A DNA stretch of 64,000 nt, taken from contig MHHQ01000005.1 of NCBI GenBank assembly GCA_001817065.1, forward strand, positions 18,651 to 82,650. Direction: 5' to 3'. Source of the stretch: Candidatus Andersenbacteria bacterium RIFCSPHIGHO2_02_FULL_46_16. GTDB taxonomy: Bacteria; Patescibacteriota; Andersenbacteria; UBA10190. Both the position numbers and the translations under genes were made by a program. This document shows positions 36,442 through 45,895 of the stretch, in pieces. The stretch's first letter is position 1; the number at the start of each line of letters is the position of its first letter. The notes beneath the pieces were generated by a model. That model was not told the origin of the DNA and ran no database searches. It was given only the letters and a program-made list of their open reading frames with translations.

Positions 36442-37995
36442 TTAAAGATGAATTTTTCTAGAGGGATGATTAGAAGTCTGGTTTTTTGTTATAGTAAGCA
36501 GGAGATGACTGAAGGTTTGCGCGATTAGACAAGTAACTATTGTCCAATGGAGAGCAGCGAGATCGTTTTTCCAGTAAATGGTATCGGCTAGGCCGAAGAT
36601 AAGAATAGACAATAGGGCGAGGGTAAGGGTTTGTGTTTGGTAAGTGATCAAAAAATGATTGGTTTGTATTGGTGTGATTGAGTGTTGATTATGCCCACCG
36701 GTGATTTTTAGTACGCTACGCCAAGCATGAACGAGAATATAGGCATTGAGCAGGATAAAGCTGACTAAGCCCAACAAGCCGGTGTTAAGCCAGAAAGAGA
36801 GAAGCCAGTTGTGGGGATCTCGAAAGACAAATTCTGGTAGCGGGGATTCACATTTTTTTGTTGAAAGCTGACAGTTAGCGAATTGTGTAAAGCGTTCGTG
36901 CAGTTGGTTTTGGTAGGCCGGTTCGAAAGTACCCAGCCCGACGCCGAGAAGGGGGTGATCCTTTATCAGATCCACGCTGATGCTCCAAAGCTGTTGGCGA
37001 ACAGACAATGAATTATGAGTATCCGAGGAGGAAAGGGGCTGCAGGAGATAGGTTAAGCGTCCCGTGGACGATAGATAACCAAGGGAGATAAACACGAGAG
37101 TAAGAACAGCCCCCCAGCGAAGGTAAAGAGGTCGACGAGTGGCGGTAGATGTTGAGGTTGGTTGAAAAAGGATTAAGCCGATAGAGACGGAAATAAAAGC
37201 GGCAGAAATACCAGCGACTGACTGCGTAGCGAGCAGGGCGGCAGCGAGGATGAGCGAAGAGGGGAGATAGAAAAGTCGTTGATGGCGGTTAAAGAACAAC
37301 CAGACGGAGATAACAAGTAGCGGGACTAAATATAGTGCTAAAGAGTTTGGTACGTCATAAACACTCTTGATACGAGCAAGGTGATTTATTTGCGACAACC
37401 CAAGCAACGCGACAATATTACCGGACAGAACAAGTGATTGAATAATCAAGAAATAATAATTAGGTGAGAAAGTTTTGGCAGGAAGAGTTTTTGTTTCGGC
37501 AAAGGGGCTTCGAAGAGGTTCTGGGGCAGAGTCAGATGAAGGGAAGAAAGACTGGGCGGATATTATCAGCCAACCCAGCAGAAGGGGAACAATGATCCAT
37601 CCTTTTAGTATGCCCAGACTGGTAAGGATGTGTGGCGAGATAATCGTGCTAACGATGGCCGAAAGGACAAAAAGAGCAATCAGCAGATGGAGGAATGACG
37701 GTAGGGCGCGCCAGATTATTGGCCACTGTCTGCGAATAGAAGGTTGAATAAAGGTAAAAAAGAAAACAGTTACAATAGACGCTTCCAGTAAATTGGTGGG
37801 AAGACTGAAGAAAGAAAACTGAATAAGATAGGTGGGCAATAAGGCTGTGAGTAAAACCAGCGCGCTGGACGGGCGAGACAAAGTTAACAGGGACAGCAGA
37901 AGAAGAGCAGGGACGATAAGAAAAACGATCATGGACGGGGGATGATTAAGGAAATAATAATTGCCACGGTGATCAGAAGGTGGGAGTACAGCCAA
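36442..37995 (-). CDS. O-antigen ligase (Wzy_C) family polytopic membrane protein
   Basis: 'HPLLGVGLGTFEPAYQ…HNWLLSFWLNTGLLGL' Wzy_C-like motif. At least 10 TM segments. Confidence 0.6.
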   Translation of the reverse strand: MAVLPPSDHRGNYYFLNHPPSMIVFLIVPALLLLSLLTLSRPSSALVLLTALLPTYLIQFSFFSLPTNLLEASIVTVFFFTFIQPSIRRQWPIIWRALPSFLHLLIALFVLSAIVSTIISPHILTSLGILKGWIIVPLLLGWLIISAQSFFPSSDSAPEPLRSPFAETKTLPAKTFSPNYYFLIIQSLVLSGNIVALLGLSQINHLARIKSVYDVPNSLALYLVPLLVISVWLFFNRHQRLFYLPSSLILAAALLATQSVAGISAAFISVSIGLILFQPTSTSTATRRPLYLRWGAVLTLVFISLGYLSSTGRLTYLLQPLSSSDTHNSLSVRQQLWSISVDLIKDHPLLGVGLGTFEPAYQNQLHERFTQFANCQLSTKKCESPLPEFVFRDPHNWLLSFWLNTGLLGLVSFILLNAYILVHAWRSVLKITGGHNQHSITPIQTNHFLITYQTQTLTLALLSILIFGLADTIYWKNDLAALHWTIVTCLIAQTFSHLLLTITKNQTSNHPSRKIHL

Positions 37996-39374
37996 CTATT
38001 GATAAATTGGGAGTGGATGAAGAGGGCTGTAAGACTATACAGTCCGGCCAGGGCGCGGGGATCGCGGTAAAGGAGTGAGCGCGTAATAAATAAACGAAGC
38101 AAATAAGACCAGGGCAGAAGGAAAAGGGAAAGACCGATCAGGCCGGTGGTGGCCCAGATAGTTAGTAAGCTGTTATCAGCTCCCGCGCGGGAGTGAATAG
38201 AGTAATTGGCCACAGTTTGCGCCTCGCCCGGGGCAAATTGATAGGCATTGTAACCAACCCCCAATAATGGATTATCCCGGACAATTTGCCAACCGTTGGC
38301 CAAGCTGGCGAGACGAAGCTCGACGGTGGGGTCGATGGTGAGAAGGCCAGACAAACGGGGACCAAGGGCAAAAATCATGATTGTACTGATAATTATTGCT
38401 AAACCAAGAACAGCGCTGATAGTGACGAGGCGGCGCCGGTTAGACTTAACTTCTTGCTGATAAAGAAACAGGGGGGAGAGGAGAATGGCCGCTGCGCCAG
38501 CAGCCACTTGGGTGCTGCGAGATTGGGTGGTAATAAGAGCTATTATTACTAGAATAAAACCCGGTAGGCGCCATGTTTTATTCTGCCAAAGAAGAATCAT
38601 AGGGAGAGCCAGCACAAGAAATAAGCCAATAAAGTTGGGGTCTAGCCAGGTAGAAACTAAACGAAATTGATGCGGATCCCAACCCGCCCGGGCTAACAAA
38701 GAAAGGTCTGGGAAAAACGCCAGCTGCGCTAAACCGGTAGATACTAACAACAAAACAGTGAGGTTTAAACCATACCAGACAAAATGGTGGAGGGCGGGGC
38801 TCTTAAGCAAATAGATAAGGGCGGGTAAAAGCAATAAATTAGCGGATAAACGAAGCCAGTAGGAAAAGGCAACTAAAACGTTACTTAAACCAAGGTTGGG
38901 CGCGTGAAGGATAAGAGTAAAAAGTGACCAGATGATAAAGGGCGTGATCAGCCAGAGGATTACTCGGTTGAGTTGAGCTGACTGACTGCTTATTTTTTGT
39001 GCTGCCCGTTCGTCCAAGCGAGAGGTTGTGTTAGTAATTGATTGATGGTGGAGCTCGATGCTTGGAGGAAGTTTTCGGAATAGGCATGGTGGGCGGGAGA
39101 TGTTAAGGTGAATGTTTTGATCAGCGGATCGAATATAAGTTTTTTTTATACCGACGATGAGCAAGAGAATAGCGACGGCCAAGTCACTGGGTAACAGTCC
39201 GCCACCTTGGCCCGGTAAGGGGAGACGAACCAACTGACCGGTTAAAAGAGAGAAGAATAACAAACCGATAGCTAAACGCGGTAACCGAATTAACCAAACA
39301 GCAAGAAGGGCCCCTAGTCCACCAATGGCGACAACAAGCGGTAAAGCCAACGAAGATAACGCTGAAAAAGCCAT
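37929..39374 (-). CDS. O-antigen ligase (Wzy_C) family polytopic membrane protein (second copy)
   Basis: 'LLGVGYNAYQF…HSRAGADNSLLTIWATTGLIGL' Wzy_C-like motif. The maximal ORF overlaps the downstream ligase gene by 67 nt, so the real start is probably internal. Confidence 0.55.
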   Translation of the reverse strand: MAFSALSSLALPLVVAIGGLGALLAVWLIRLPRLAIGLLFFSLLTGQLVRLPLPGQGGGLLPSDLAVAILLLIVGIKKTYIRSADQNIHLNISRPPCLFRKLPPSIELHHQSITNTTSRLDERAAQKISSQSAQLNRVILWLITPFIIWSLFTLILHAPNLGLSNVLVAFSYWLRLSANLLLLPALIYLLKSPALHHFVWYGLNLTVLLLVSTGLAQLAFFPDLSLLARAGWDPHQFRLVSTWLDPNFIGLFLVLALPMILLWQNKTWRLPGFILVIIALITTQSRSTQVAAGAAAILLSPLFLYQQEVKSNRRRLVTISAVLGLAIIISTIMIFALGPRLSGLLTIDPTVELRLASLANGWQIVRDNPLLGVGYNAYQFAPGEAQTVANYSIHSRAGADNSLLTIWATTGLIGLSLFLLPWSYLLRLFITRSLLYRDPRALAGLYSLTALFIHSQFINSWLYSHLLITVAIIISLIIPRP

Positions 39375-40030
39375 ATCGGTTTAGAGTAGTGCTTGTGAAA
39401 GTAGTTGTCAGCTGATTTGTCGTAGAGATGTGTCTTGGCTGCTTGGTCGGACAGACTTGCACCTCGCTGATGAAGGACGCGCCAGGAGGGCAATAGATGA
39501 ACTGACCAGCCGGCTAGCCAAGCGCGGCGGCATAGGTCAACGTCCTCCCAGTAAAGGAAAAAACTCGGATCAAATCCGGATAATTCCTCAAAGACAGAGC
39601 GTCGAATGAGCATGGCACCACCGCTAACCCAGCCGACAGCTTGTGGGTTGGAGGGCAAAGAAATAGGTGTAAGACGGCGGCTAAAGAGCGACCAAAGATT
39701 GACTGACTGGCCATAACACTTTGTTTCATAAACTTTGTTATGGTTATAGAGGAGGGGACCAACAACGCCTACTTTAGGATGGTTAGATAAGTAGCCCAAC
39801 GGGAGTGTGAGAGAATTGGGGAGAAGAGCTGCGTCGGGATTAAGGAACAGGATAAACTCATTGGTTAGTTGTCTTGCGCCAACATTGGCAGCGGCGGCAA
39901 AACCAATATTATTCTTATTATTGTTTATAACCTGCTGATTGGTGACACCGTTTTGCTGCAAGCTGGCCAGGCACGCCTGCAACTGCGCGGCTGAGGTTTG
40001 AAAGGTTACCACGACAGCGCCGATGGACAT
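39314..40030 (-). CDS. Family 2 glycosyltransferase
   Basis: 'IGAVVVTFQT' GT2 N-terminal strand, 'NPDA', 'GGAMLIRRSVFEELSGFDPSFFLYWEDVDLCRR'. Confidence 0.7.
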   Translation of the reverse strand: MSIGAVVVTFQTSAAQLQACLASLQQNGVTNQQVINNNKNNIGFAAAANVGARQLTNEFILFLNPDAALLPNSLTLPLGYLSNHPKVGVVGPLLYNHNKVYETKCYGQSVNLWSLFSRRLTPISLPSNPQAVGWVSGGAMLIRRSVFEELSGFDPSFFLYWEDVDLCRRAWLAGWSVHLLPSWRVLHQRGASLSDQAAKTHLYDKSADNYFHKHYSKPIWLFQRYLRWLYRLLSPLVD

Positions 40031-40063
40031 AAGGTTGAGAAAATAGAAATTAAGAAACGATAA

Positions 40064-40951
40064 TCAGTAATTAGAAAGCGGCATTGGAGCAGGACCAGTT
40101 GTTCGATTGATAGCGTCGCGAAGCGCCTGGATGACAACCGGATGTCGGCGACGCAGGCGGTGATAAGCATAGCGCAGACGGTTGGCAATCCACCAATAAC
40201 ACCGCCATGGCCAAAACGTTTCTCGCTCCAAGAACAAAGCGCCATTGCGAACAAGATAATAGGTTTTTTTTGTTGAGGCGGCGGAATCCGAGGACTCTTC
40301 GTCATGAATGACGGTAATATTAGAGGCAGTCCTGAGTGGCAGATGACGCCGCATGGTCTGCTGGCTAAACAAAACATCTTCCCAGTACATAAAATATTCA
40401 GAGGGTAAGCCATGATTGAGGAGTAATAGATTAAGGGGGGCGGAGAAACAGGCGCCATGAATGTAGGGGAGAGTAAAGAGATGCCGGTTTTGATGGGTCG
40501 GTAGGGCAATATTAGTCAAACGACACCGACCAGTGAGCAAGTTGACTTGTCCGCTTAATTGGGGCGGTTGGTTGGGCTGGTGGACAGTTAACCCGAGCAA
40601 AATGTTGTCTGGGTAGTCGCTCCACCACTGACGCAGCTTGGTAAAAGTATCCCTAGGAACAATAACGTCATTGTTTAAACAGGTAATGATGTCGGAGGGG
40701 GAAGCTTGGAGGGTAGAGATAACGCCCAGCCCCATATTTATTCCAGCAGCGTAACCGGCATTATTGGGCGGATTTAGTTGGACCAGCCGAGGATTAGTCT
40801 TGAGGGAAAGCCCGGTGGGGCCATGGTTAATAACTATAATAAAATCAGGCGGGTCGTTATTTTGTAAAAGCGACTGGACGGTCCGGTTAGTAGGGGCCGG
40901 GTCACCGTAGTGGACAGTAATTGCAAAATGTTTTTTTATTTGTGGATTCAT
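40064..40951 (-). CDS. Family 2 glycosyltransferase
   Basis: 'FAITVHYG', 'NAGYAAGINMG', 'GACFSAPLNLL…YFMYWEDVLFSQ'. The track start 41008 overlaps the upstream gene, so internal ATG 40951 is preferred. Confidence 0.6.
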   Translation of the reverse strand: MNPQIKKHFAITVHYGDPAPTNRTVQSLLQNNDPPDFIIVINHGPTGLSLKTNPRLVQLNPPNNAGYAAGINMGLGVISTLQASPSDIITCLNNDVIVPRDTFTKLRQWWSDYPDNILLGLTVHQPNQPPQLSGQVNLLTGRCRLTNIALPTHQNRHLFTLPYIHGACFSAPLNLLLLNHGLPSEYFMYWEDVLFSQQTMRRHLPLRTASNITVIHDEESSDSAASTKKTYYLVRNGALFLERETFWPWRCYWWIANRLRYAYHRLRRRHPVVIQALRDAINRTTGPAPMPLSNY

Positions 40952-40976
40952 TGTGGATAAATATGTGGAAAGGGCT

Positions 40977-41915
40977 CTATTTTTGTGGATAAGTATGGTA
41001 AAAACCATACCAAAAATGGCTATTTATAGCTATTTTGTATATTAATGGGAGACTATATTTGGGGCTGATTATTTTGGTTATTTGACGAATTATAAACAGT
41101 AGTCCGCTGTAGTAGATAAGCGCGTGCTTAAACCAATGTGAAAGTGAGTTCGTCTTGGGGACGGCAACAGAAGGGTGCTGGGACTGGAAAAGACGAAAAC
41201 CATGCCCCGCGGCTTGCTGGCGATCCAATACACGCTGAGTTGAGTAGTAGTGGTAGTGGTGTCCGATAGCTTCTGGCAGCACGGATAGTTGCAAGTTTTT
41301 TTGGGCGGCCAAACGGCGGCCTAGATCAATATCTTCCCAACCATAGGAATTATATTGAGGACGGAAGGGAGGAGAGGGCAGGACTGATCGCTTGAGAGAC
41401 AAATGGGAACCGTAAAAGTAATGGTTAGGATCAGCGACTGCTTGACCCAGCAAGGCATCAAAGTTGTTTTGACTGCCACCATGCGTCATCCATTCCATGA
41501 GCGGAGTAGGGTGAAGACGAGGATCCCACACCACAAATCCTAAGGCGGCAATCTGAGCGTCGGGATAATGGGAGTGGAAATTTAAGTGGGCCATTAGTGA
41601 ACCTGGGCGCAAAACAATGTCAGCCCCGAGAAACAGCAAGAGACTTGAGCTACTTTGGGCTATGGCATGATTACGAGCAGTGCCGGCGCCGGCATGCGGA
41701 GAGGAAATGATTTGATAAGGCCAAGAGCTTGCGTGGCATAGACGACGAGCGGTTATTAATGATTCGTCGGTGGAGCCGTCATCTGACAAGACTGCGCTTA
41801 TTTGCCAATGGCTGGGGATGGACTGGCCAAAGAGTGCAGGCAGGGTGAGGGGGAGCTGCTGGGCATTATTGAAGACGGGAATAATAACAGCGCAGTGTTG
41901 GTTTTGGTTATTCAT
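40977..41915 (-). CDS. Family 2 glycosyltransferase
   Basis: 'CAVIIPVFNNAQQL', 'SDDGSTDES', 'GADIVL' GT2 motifs. Confidence 0.7.
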   Translation of the reverse strand: MNNQNQHCAVIIPVFNNAQQLPLTLPALFGQSIPSHWQISAVLSDDGSTDESLITARRLCHASSWPYQIISSPHAGAGTARNHAIAQSSSSLLLFLGADIVLRPGSLMAHLNFHSHYPDAQIAALGFVVWDPRLHPTPLMEWMTHGGSQNNFDALLGQAVADPNHYFYGSHLSLKRSVLPSPPFRPQYNSYGWEDIDLGRRLAAQKNLQLSVLPEAIGHHYHYYSTQRVLDRQQAAGHGFRLFQSQHPSVAVPKTNSLSHWFKHALIYYSGLLFIIRQITKIISPKYSLPLIYKIAINSHFWYGFYHTYPQK

Positions 41916-41933
41916 TGCTAAATATTATAACAG

Positions 41934-42116
41934 CCTAAGTCACCGTAAATAAATAACTTAACCATCTCTCGCCCACTATGCACCAATCTGCGACTTTTTT
42001 TCAATCGCGAAACATTCAACGTAGTACTGCGCTTCGTATTTCGCTCAATCGAAAAAGTCGTATCTCGGCGCAGATTGAACGAGATCTGGCCAAGTTATTT
42101 ATTTACGGCGCCTAAG
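41934..42116. mobile_element. MITE-like element copy A: about 25-bp terminal inverted repeats, 183 bp, non-coding
   Basis: Left end CCTAAGTCACCGTAAATAAATAACTT, right end AAGTTATTTATTTACGGCGCCTAAG, an imperfect reverse complement. Internal sequence is shared with copy B at 59347-59618. Confidence 0.55.
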
Positions 42117-42120
42117 AGGG

Positions 42121-43560
42121 TCAGCCTAATGGGGGTGGGACAGGATCAGTGGTACCCGCACGCAATAGACGAAAATGGGCGGGCGAGACGATATTGGCAC
42201 TAAAAACTGCTACACCGTACACACCGGTGAGAAGAATAGCCCTAACTGCTACCGGTACAGTTGACGGCAAAAGATACAAAAAGACGCTGCAGCCAATAAA
42301 TGTAAATAAGATTTTAAAGACCAGGCTGTAGGGTAGCGATAAACCAGTAGTGCGATGCACATACCAGGCAGCACTACCAGCGGCAATTAATTCAGTGGCG
42401 ACAGTAGTCCACGCGGCGGCGGCGGCGCCATAGCGCGGTATTAGGAGCAGGTTGGCACAGGTATTAAAGACCGCTAGTGCTAAGTATAGCCGAAGGAGGA
42501 AGGATTGCCGTCCCAAGGCGACCAAAGCGAAACCAAACAGATTGCCAAAAAACATAATAACGAGAGCGAGGCTGAGGATTTGCAGAAGGGGTGCCGCAGC
42601 GATAAAAGTTGGCCCGGCAATTAATAATAGAATTGGCTGACTAAAATACAGCAGGACAAGCAAGGAATATAAGGAGAGGACGAGTAAAACTCGAAGGCCT
42701 TCGATGAGATATTGGTTGACATGGGGGAGGTCTTGCTGAGACAGTGCCGCAGTGATACGGGGCAACAATAAACCGCCGAACATAGCGGGGAAAAAGAGAG
42801 CACTTTCAATAATGCGATAAGCGGCGCCATACCAACCAATTTCCCAGGCGGGACGAAAAAAAGACAGGATCAGCATATCGATACGAAAATAAACAGCATT
42901 AACTAACAACATTGCTCCCAGTGGCCAAGATACGATGATGATTTTTTTCCACGCCGACCAGGCAAAAACAAGCCGCCAGGGCGTAACTGGAAGCAGCCAG
43001 TGGTGCAGCAGATAGGCTAAGGCGGTGCCAATAGTAAAGGCCATTATCATCGAACTGATGTTGGCGGCGGATGTGCTAAGCAAAAAAATACTGGCTATCT
43101 GAGCAAGCCGCCCGACCAGATCGCCTAAGGTAGCGCGCCATACTACCTGACGATGTTGATAAATTCCCAGCAATAACTGACTGAATGATTGGCAGGACAG
43201 GCCAAACGACATAATAATAAAGGGCAAGGCGTAGGGACGCAGGTTGGGGATAATAAGGGTAATGACGGTGGCAAGCAGAAAGACTGCACCAAGCAGCAGA
43301 AGGCGCAAGGAAAAGACTTGAGACAGGAGGACGGGGGATTGATGGGGTTGCTCGGCGACGGTTCTGGTGAGGGTTAGATAGAGGCCAAAGTCGGCGGCCA
43401 GCTGCACGAGAGCACCAATAGAGAGAAGAAGTACATATGAACCAAACTGGCTTGGTCCAAGCAGGCGAGTAATTAAAGCAGTAACAACAATACCGAGGAG
43501 TATGTTGATGAGTCGCCCGATAGTTGCGATGGTGGTATTAGTAAGAATAGATTGGGCCAT
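42121..43560 (-). CDS. Wzx-type polysaccharide/oligosaccharide flippase (MOP superfamily)
   Basis: 479 aa, about 12-14 TM segments, 'polysaccharide biosynthesis protein'-type N-terminus. Confidence 0.65.
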   Translation of the reverse strand: MAQSILTNTTIATIGRLINILLGIVVTALITRLLGPSQFGSYVLLLSIGALVQLAADFGLYLTLTRTVAEQPHQSPVLLSQVFSLRLLLLGAVFLLATVITLIIPNLRPYALPFIIMSFGLSCQSFSQLLLGIYQHRQVVWRATLGDLVGRLAQIASIFLLSTSAANISSMIMAFTIGTALAYLLHHWLLPVTPWRLVFAWSAWKKIIIVSWPLGAMLLVNAVYFRIDMLILSFFRPAWEIGWYGAAYRIIESALFFPAMFGGLLLPRITAALSQQDLPHVNQYLIEGLRVLLVLSLYSLLVLLYFSQPILLLIAGPTFIAAAPLLQILSLALVIMFFGNLFGFALVALGRQSFLLRLYLALAVFNTCANLLLIPRYGAAAAAWTTVATELIAAGSAAWYVHRTTGLSLPYSLVFKILFTFIGCSVFLYLLPSTVPVAVRAILLTGVYGVAVFSANIVSPAHFRLLRAGTTDPVPPPLG

Positions 43561-43634
43561 GTCGCTGAGGGCGGAGATAGAGAATAGTAAGCCTTGAACA
43601 AGAGTTACTAAAGTCTATGCCGGGTCCGGGTGGT

Positions 43635-44159
43635 TTAGATGAAAACTGGCCGAACAACAACGCGTCTATTAGGCTCGTCACCCAAACTAGCGGTGGTAAC
43701 GTCGGGACGAACAGACAGAGCTGTGTGAACAACGTGGCGATCGGTCGCGTTCATCGGCGGCAGAACGACGGCGCGACCAGTGCGTCCAGCTTTCTGCGCT
43801 GATTCCTCGGCCAGGCTCTGGATGCTTAATTCGTGAGAAGCTAAATAACCATTAACATCAACGGTGACATAAACTGGCTGGCGTAATTGACGGCGCATAA
43901 TGGAGCGCAAAATATATGACAAGGCGTTTAAGTGGGCGCCTTTTAGCCCGATCAACAGACGACCCGACTGTTTGGCTTCGATATTGATATGAATTTGTTG
44001 ACGAGGCAGACCGGCTTTGTCTTTAGTGAGTTTGCTGGCACAAGAAACCCGGGAGCCGGAAAAACTCATAACATCAAGTAGGTGCCTGACGTCTTCTTCA
44101 ATTAAGGCGATGGTTTCGGGGTTGAGGTTGGTTTGAGTGGCAGTTGTGGGCATAAACAT
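43635..44159 (-). CDS. jag: Jag-like protein (KH/R3H RNA-binding, SpoIIIJ-associated)
   Basis: Follows yidC, the canonical yidC-jag order. Start ATG overlaps the yidC stop (TAATG). C-terminal R3H-like 'GEPNRRVVV'. Confidence 0.65.
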   Translation of the reverse strand: MFMPTTATQTNLNPETIALIEEDVRHLLDVMSFSGSRVSCASKLTKDKAGLPRQQIHINIEAKQSGRLLIGLKGAHLNALSYILRSIMRRQLRQPVYVTVDVNGYLASHELSIQSLAEESAQKAGRTGRAVVLPPMNATDRHVVHTALSVRPDVTTASLGDEPNRRVVVRPVFI

Positions 44160-44908
44160 TACATTGCAACAGAGCTGGTTATATGTAAACGTTTTTTAAA
44201 TACGTACTGCTGCACTATACCAAAAATTGTCGTGGCTACCCAGTATAGCGCTAAAGCGGCCGGTAGTTTCATAGAAATAAATACCGTCATGACCGGAAAC
44301 ATAAAGGCCATATTCTTTTGCATAGAGGCCATCATGGCCGCGCTTTGGTCGTCATTAGGGGCGGGGGGTGGGGTGGTGGGCGAGACAGACTTCATGAGGA
44401 TAAACTGGCTGACTCCCGCGACGATGGCTAATAATAAACTGCTTTGGGCCAGGTTAATGGTCAGAAAATTAAAGTTAACACTCGATGGCGCAGGAACAAA
44501 AGCATAGAGGTATTGAAAAGTGTCGGGACTGATGCCAATAAGAAAAACCCGATAGAGCGCAATTAAGATAGGCAGCTGAATTAAAAGGGGTAAACAACCG
44601 CTGGCTGGGTTAATGCCGGCTTTCTTATAGAGCTGCATGGTGGCCTCGGCTTTTTTGGTCTGGTCGTGCGCGTGGTCCTTTTGTATTTTCTTTAGTTCCT
44701 TTTTAAGGTCAGCCATTTTAGTTTGGTTTTTTTGCATCTGCTTGGCCTGGTGAAGGGAGGGGGGGATAAGGATTAACCGCACAATAATAGTGACAATTAG
44801 AATACTGATACCAATCCCATGACCAGGCACCAGATCCGTAATGATCACTAACAAATTGAAGAGGGGGCGAAACAGCAGTTCTTGATAGACGAAAAAAAGA
44901 GGATTCAT
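44159..44908 (-). CDS. yidC: Membrane protein insertase YidC (short form)
   Basis: 249 aa. Conserved YidC/Oxa1 core with 'IRLILIP' and 5 TM segments. Sits within rnpA-yidD-yidC-jag synteny. Confidence 0.8.
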   Translation of the reverse strand: MNPLFFVYQELLFRPLFNLLVIITDLVPGHGIGISILIVTIIVRLILIPPSLHQAKQMQKNQTKMADLKKELKKIQKDHAHDQTKKAEATMQLYKKAGINPASGCLPLLIQLPILIALYRVFLIGISPDTFQYLYAFVPAPSSVNFNFLTINLAQSSLLLAIVAGVSQFILMKSVSPTTPPPAPNDDQSAAMMASMQKNMAFMFPVMTVFISMKLPAALALYWVATTIFGIVQQYVFKKRLHITSSVAM

Positions 44909-44926
44909 ATATAGAGCTAATAAAGA

Positions 44927-45190
44927 CTACGGTTTTACTTGAGGAACAGGGTCAGGGCCACCAGCGGTGAAGGGATGACAGCGAACGACGCGGCGGAGGG
45001 CTAACAATAGACCGGGCCAGCCGTGTTGATTGATAGCTTGGACTGCATACTCGGAGCAAGTAGGTGTGAAGCGGCATATGCCGTGCGGAAAAATTAGTTT
45101 AGTAAGGCTATGATCAGGAGAAACAGTGATTTGGTATAAACGAATAAGTCGTCCGATGAAGTATAGGACGAGGTTTGGCTTAGTGGACAT
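44927..45190 (-). CDS. yidD: Membrane protein insertion efficiency factor YidD
   Basis: 87 aa. 'YQITVSP……CRFTPTCSEYA' YidD signature. Confidence 0.75.
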   Translation of the reverse strand: MSTKPNLVLYFIGRLIRLYQITVSPDHSLTKLIFPHGICRFTPTCSEYAVQAINQHGWPGLLLALRRVVRCHPFTAGGPDPVPQVKP

Positions 45191-45253
45191 AGAATAAGAG
45201 TATCGGTTATTGATGAAAGAGAAAACTAAGAGGGCGGGTACTCTAAAGTAAGG

Positions 45254-45583
45254 TCAGATGGAGGACTGAGACTGGCTATTTAACGATGCAACCAGGCTGT
45301 CTTTTAGCGGCGAAATAGAGCTGAGCTGACCAATGGCCGGCTTAGCAATTAACACAAGATTGGTTCCCGCCGGAAAGTCCGCTGTCAGCGGCCGAATTAT
45401 CTCGCGTAGCCAGCGCTGGTATTTGTGCCGACGAACGGCAGACGGACTAATTTTTTTACTAACAACGCAAGCAAATTGAACTTGGGGAGATGGGTTAGGT
45501 GGGAGATATATATGGATCCTAACGTAAGGAGTGTGCAGGGCTTGGCCGTGGCAGATGGTTTGCTTAATGTCTTTTTCCTTCAT
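45254..45583 (-). CDS. rnpA: Ribonuclease P protein component
   Basis: 109 aa, basic protein, between rpmH and yidD. Confidence 0.8.
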   Translation of the reverse strand: MKEKDIKQTICHGQALHTPYVRIHIYLPPNPSPQVQFACVVSKKISPSAVRRHKYQRWLREIIRPLTADFPAGTNLVLIAKPAIGQLSSISPLKDSLVASLNSQSQSSI

Positions 45584-45726
45584 TACTGACGAGGAGTGAC
45601 GCGATGGCGCTTTTTCCGTCGGCGGCTAGCCACAACACCGGTGCGTTTTTTCCGTTTTTTTGCGGCCAGAAAACCGAATCGACGAGAGCGTCTGCGTTTG
45701 GATGGCTGATAAGTTCTTTTAGGCAT
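45583..45726 (-). CDS. rpmH: 50S ribosomal protein L34
   Basis: Hand translation gives MPKRTYQPSKRRRSRRFGFLAAKKRKKRTGVVASRRRKKRHRVTPRQ (47 aa), with L34 hallmarks. Its TAA stop overlaps the rnpA ATG. Not in the ORF track (below 60 aa); the track ORF 45564..45755 is a wrong-frame artefact. Confidence 0.85.
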   Translation of the reverse strand: MPKRTYQPSKRRRSRRFGFLAAKKRKKRTGVVASRRRKKRHRVTPRQ

Positions 45727-45807
45727 AATAAGTAAATACAATTATTTAGTAACAATACATACCTAGCGCTCGTTGGTCAAATGGTATGCGATAGAATTGT
45801 CTATGCA

Positions 45808-45880
45808 ATGTTATCAACAGATTGTCCACACTATTTCCACAAATAGATGATTTTGTGCTTTACAGCTCTGTGGATAACTA
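45808..45880. promoter_or_regulatory. DnaA-box cluster in the rpmH-dnaA intergenic region (dnaA promoter / oriC part)
   Basis: TTATCAACA (45811), TTGTCCACA (45822), TTTCCACAA (45834) and perfect TGTGGATAA (45869, reverse complement of TTATCCACA), all within 90 bp before the dnaA ATG. Confidence 0.55.
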
Positions 45881-45895
45881 TGTTATTATTCATCG

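Noticed and set aside
45564-45755. 63-aa minus-strand ORF upstream of rnpA
   Set aside because: It is in a different frame from the clear L34 (rpmH) reading frame at 45583-45726, and the L34 translation has the family consensus.
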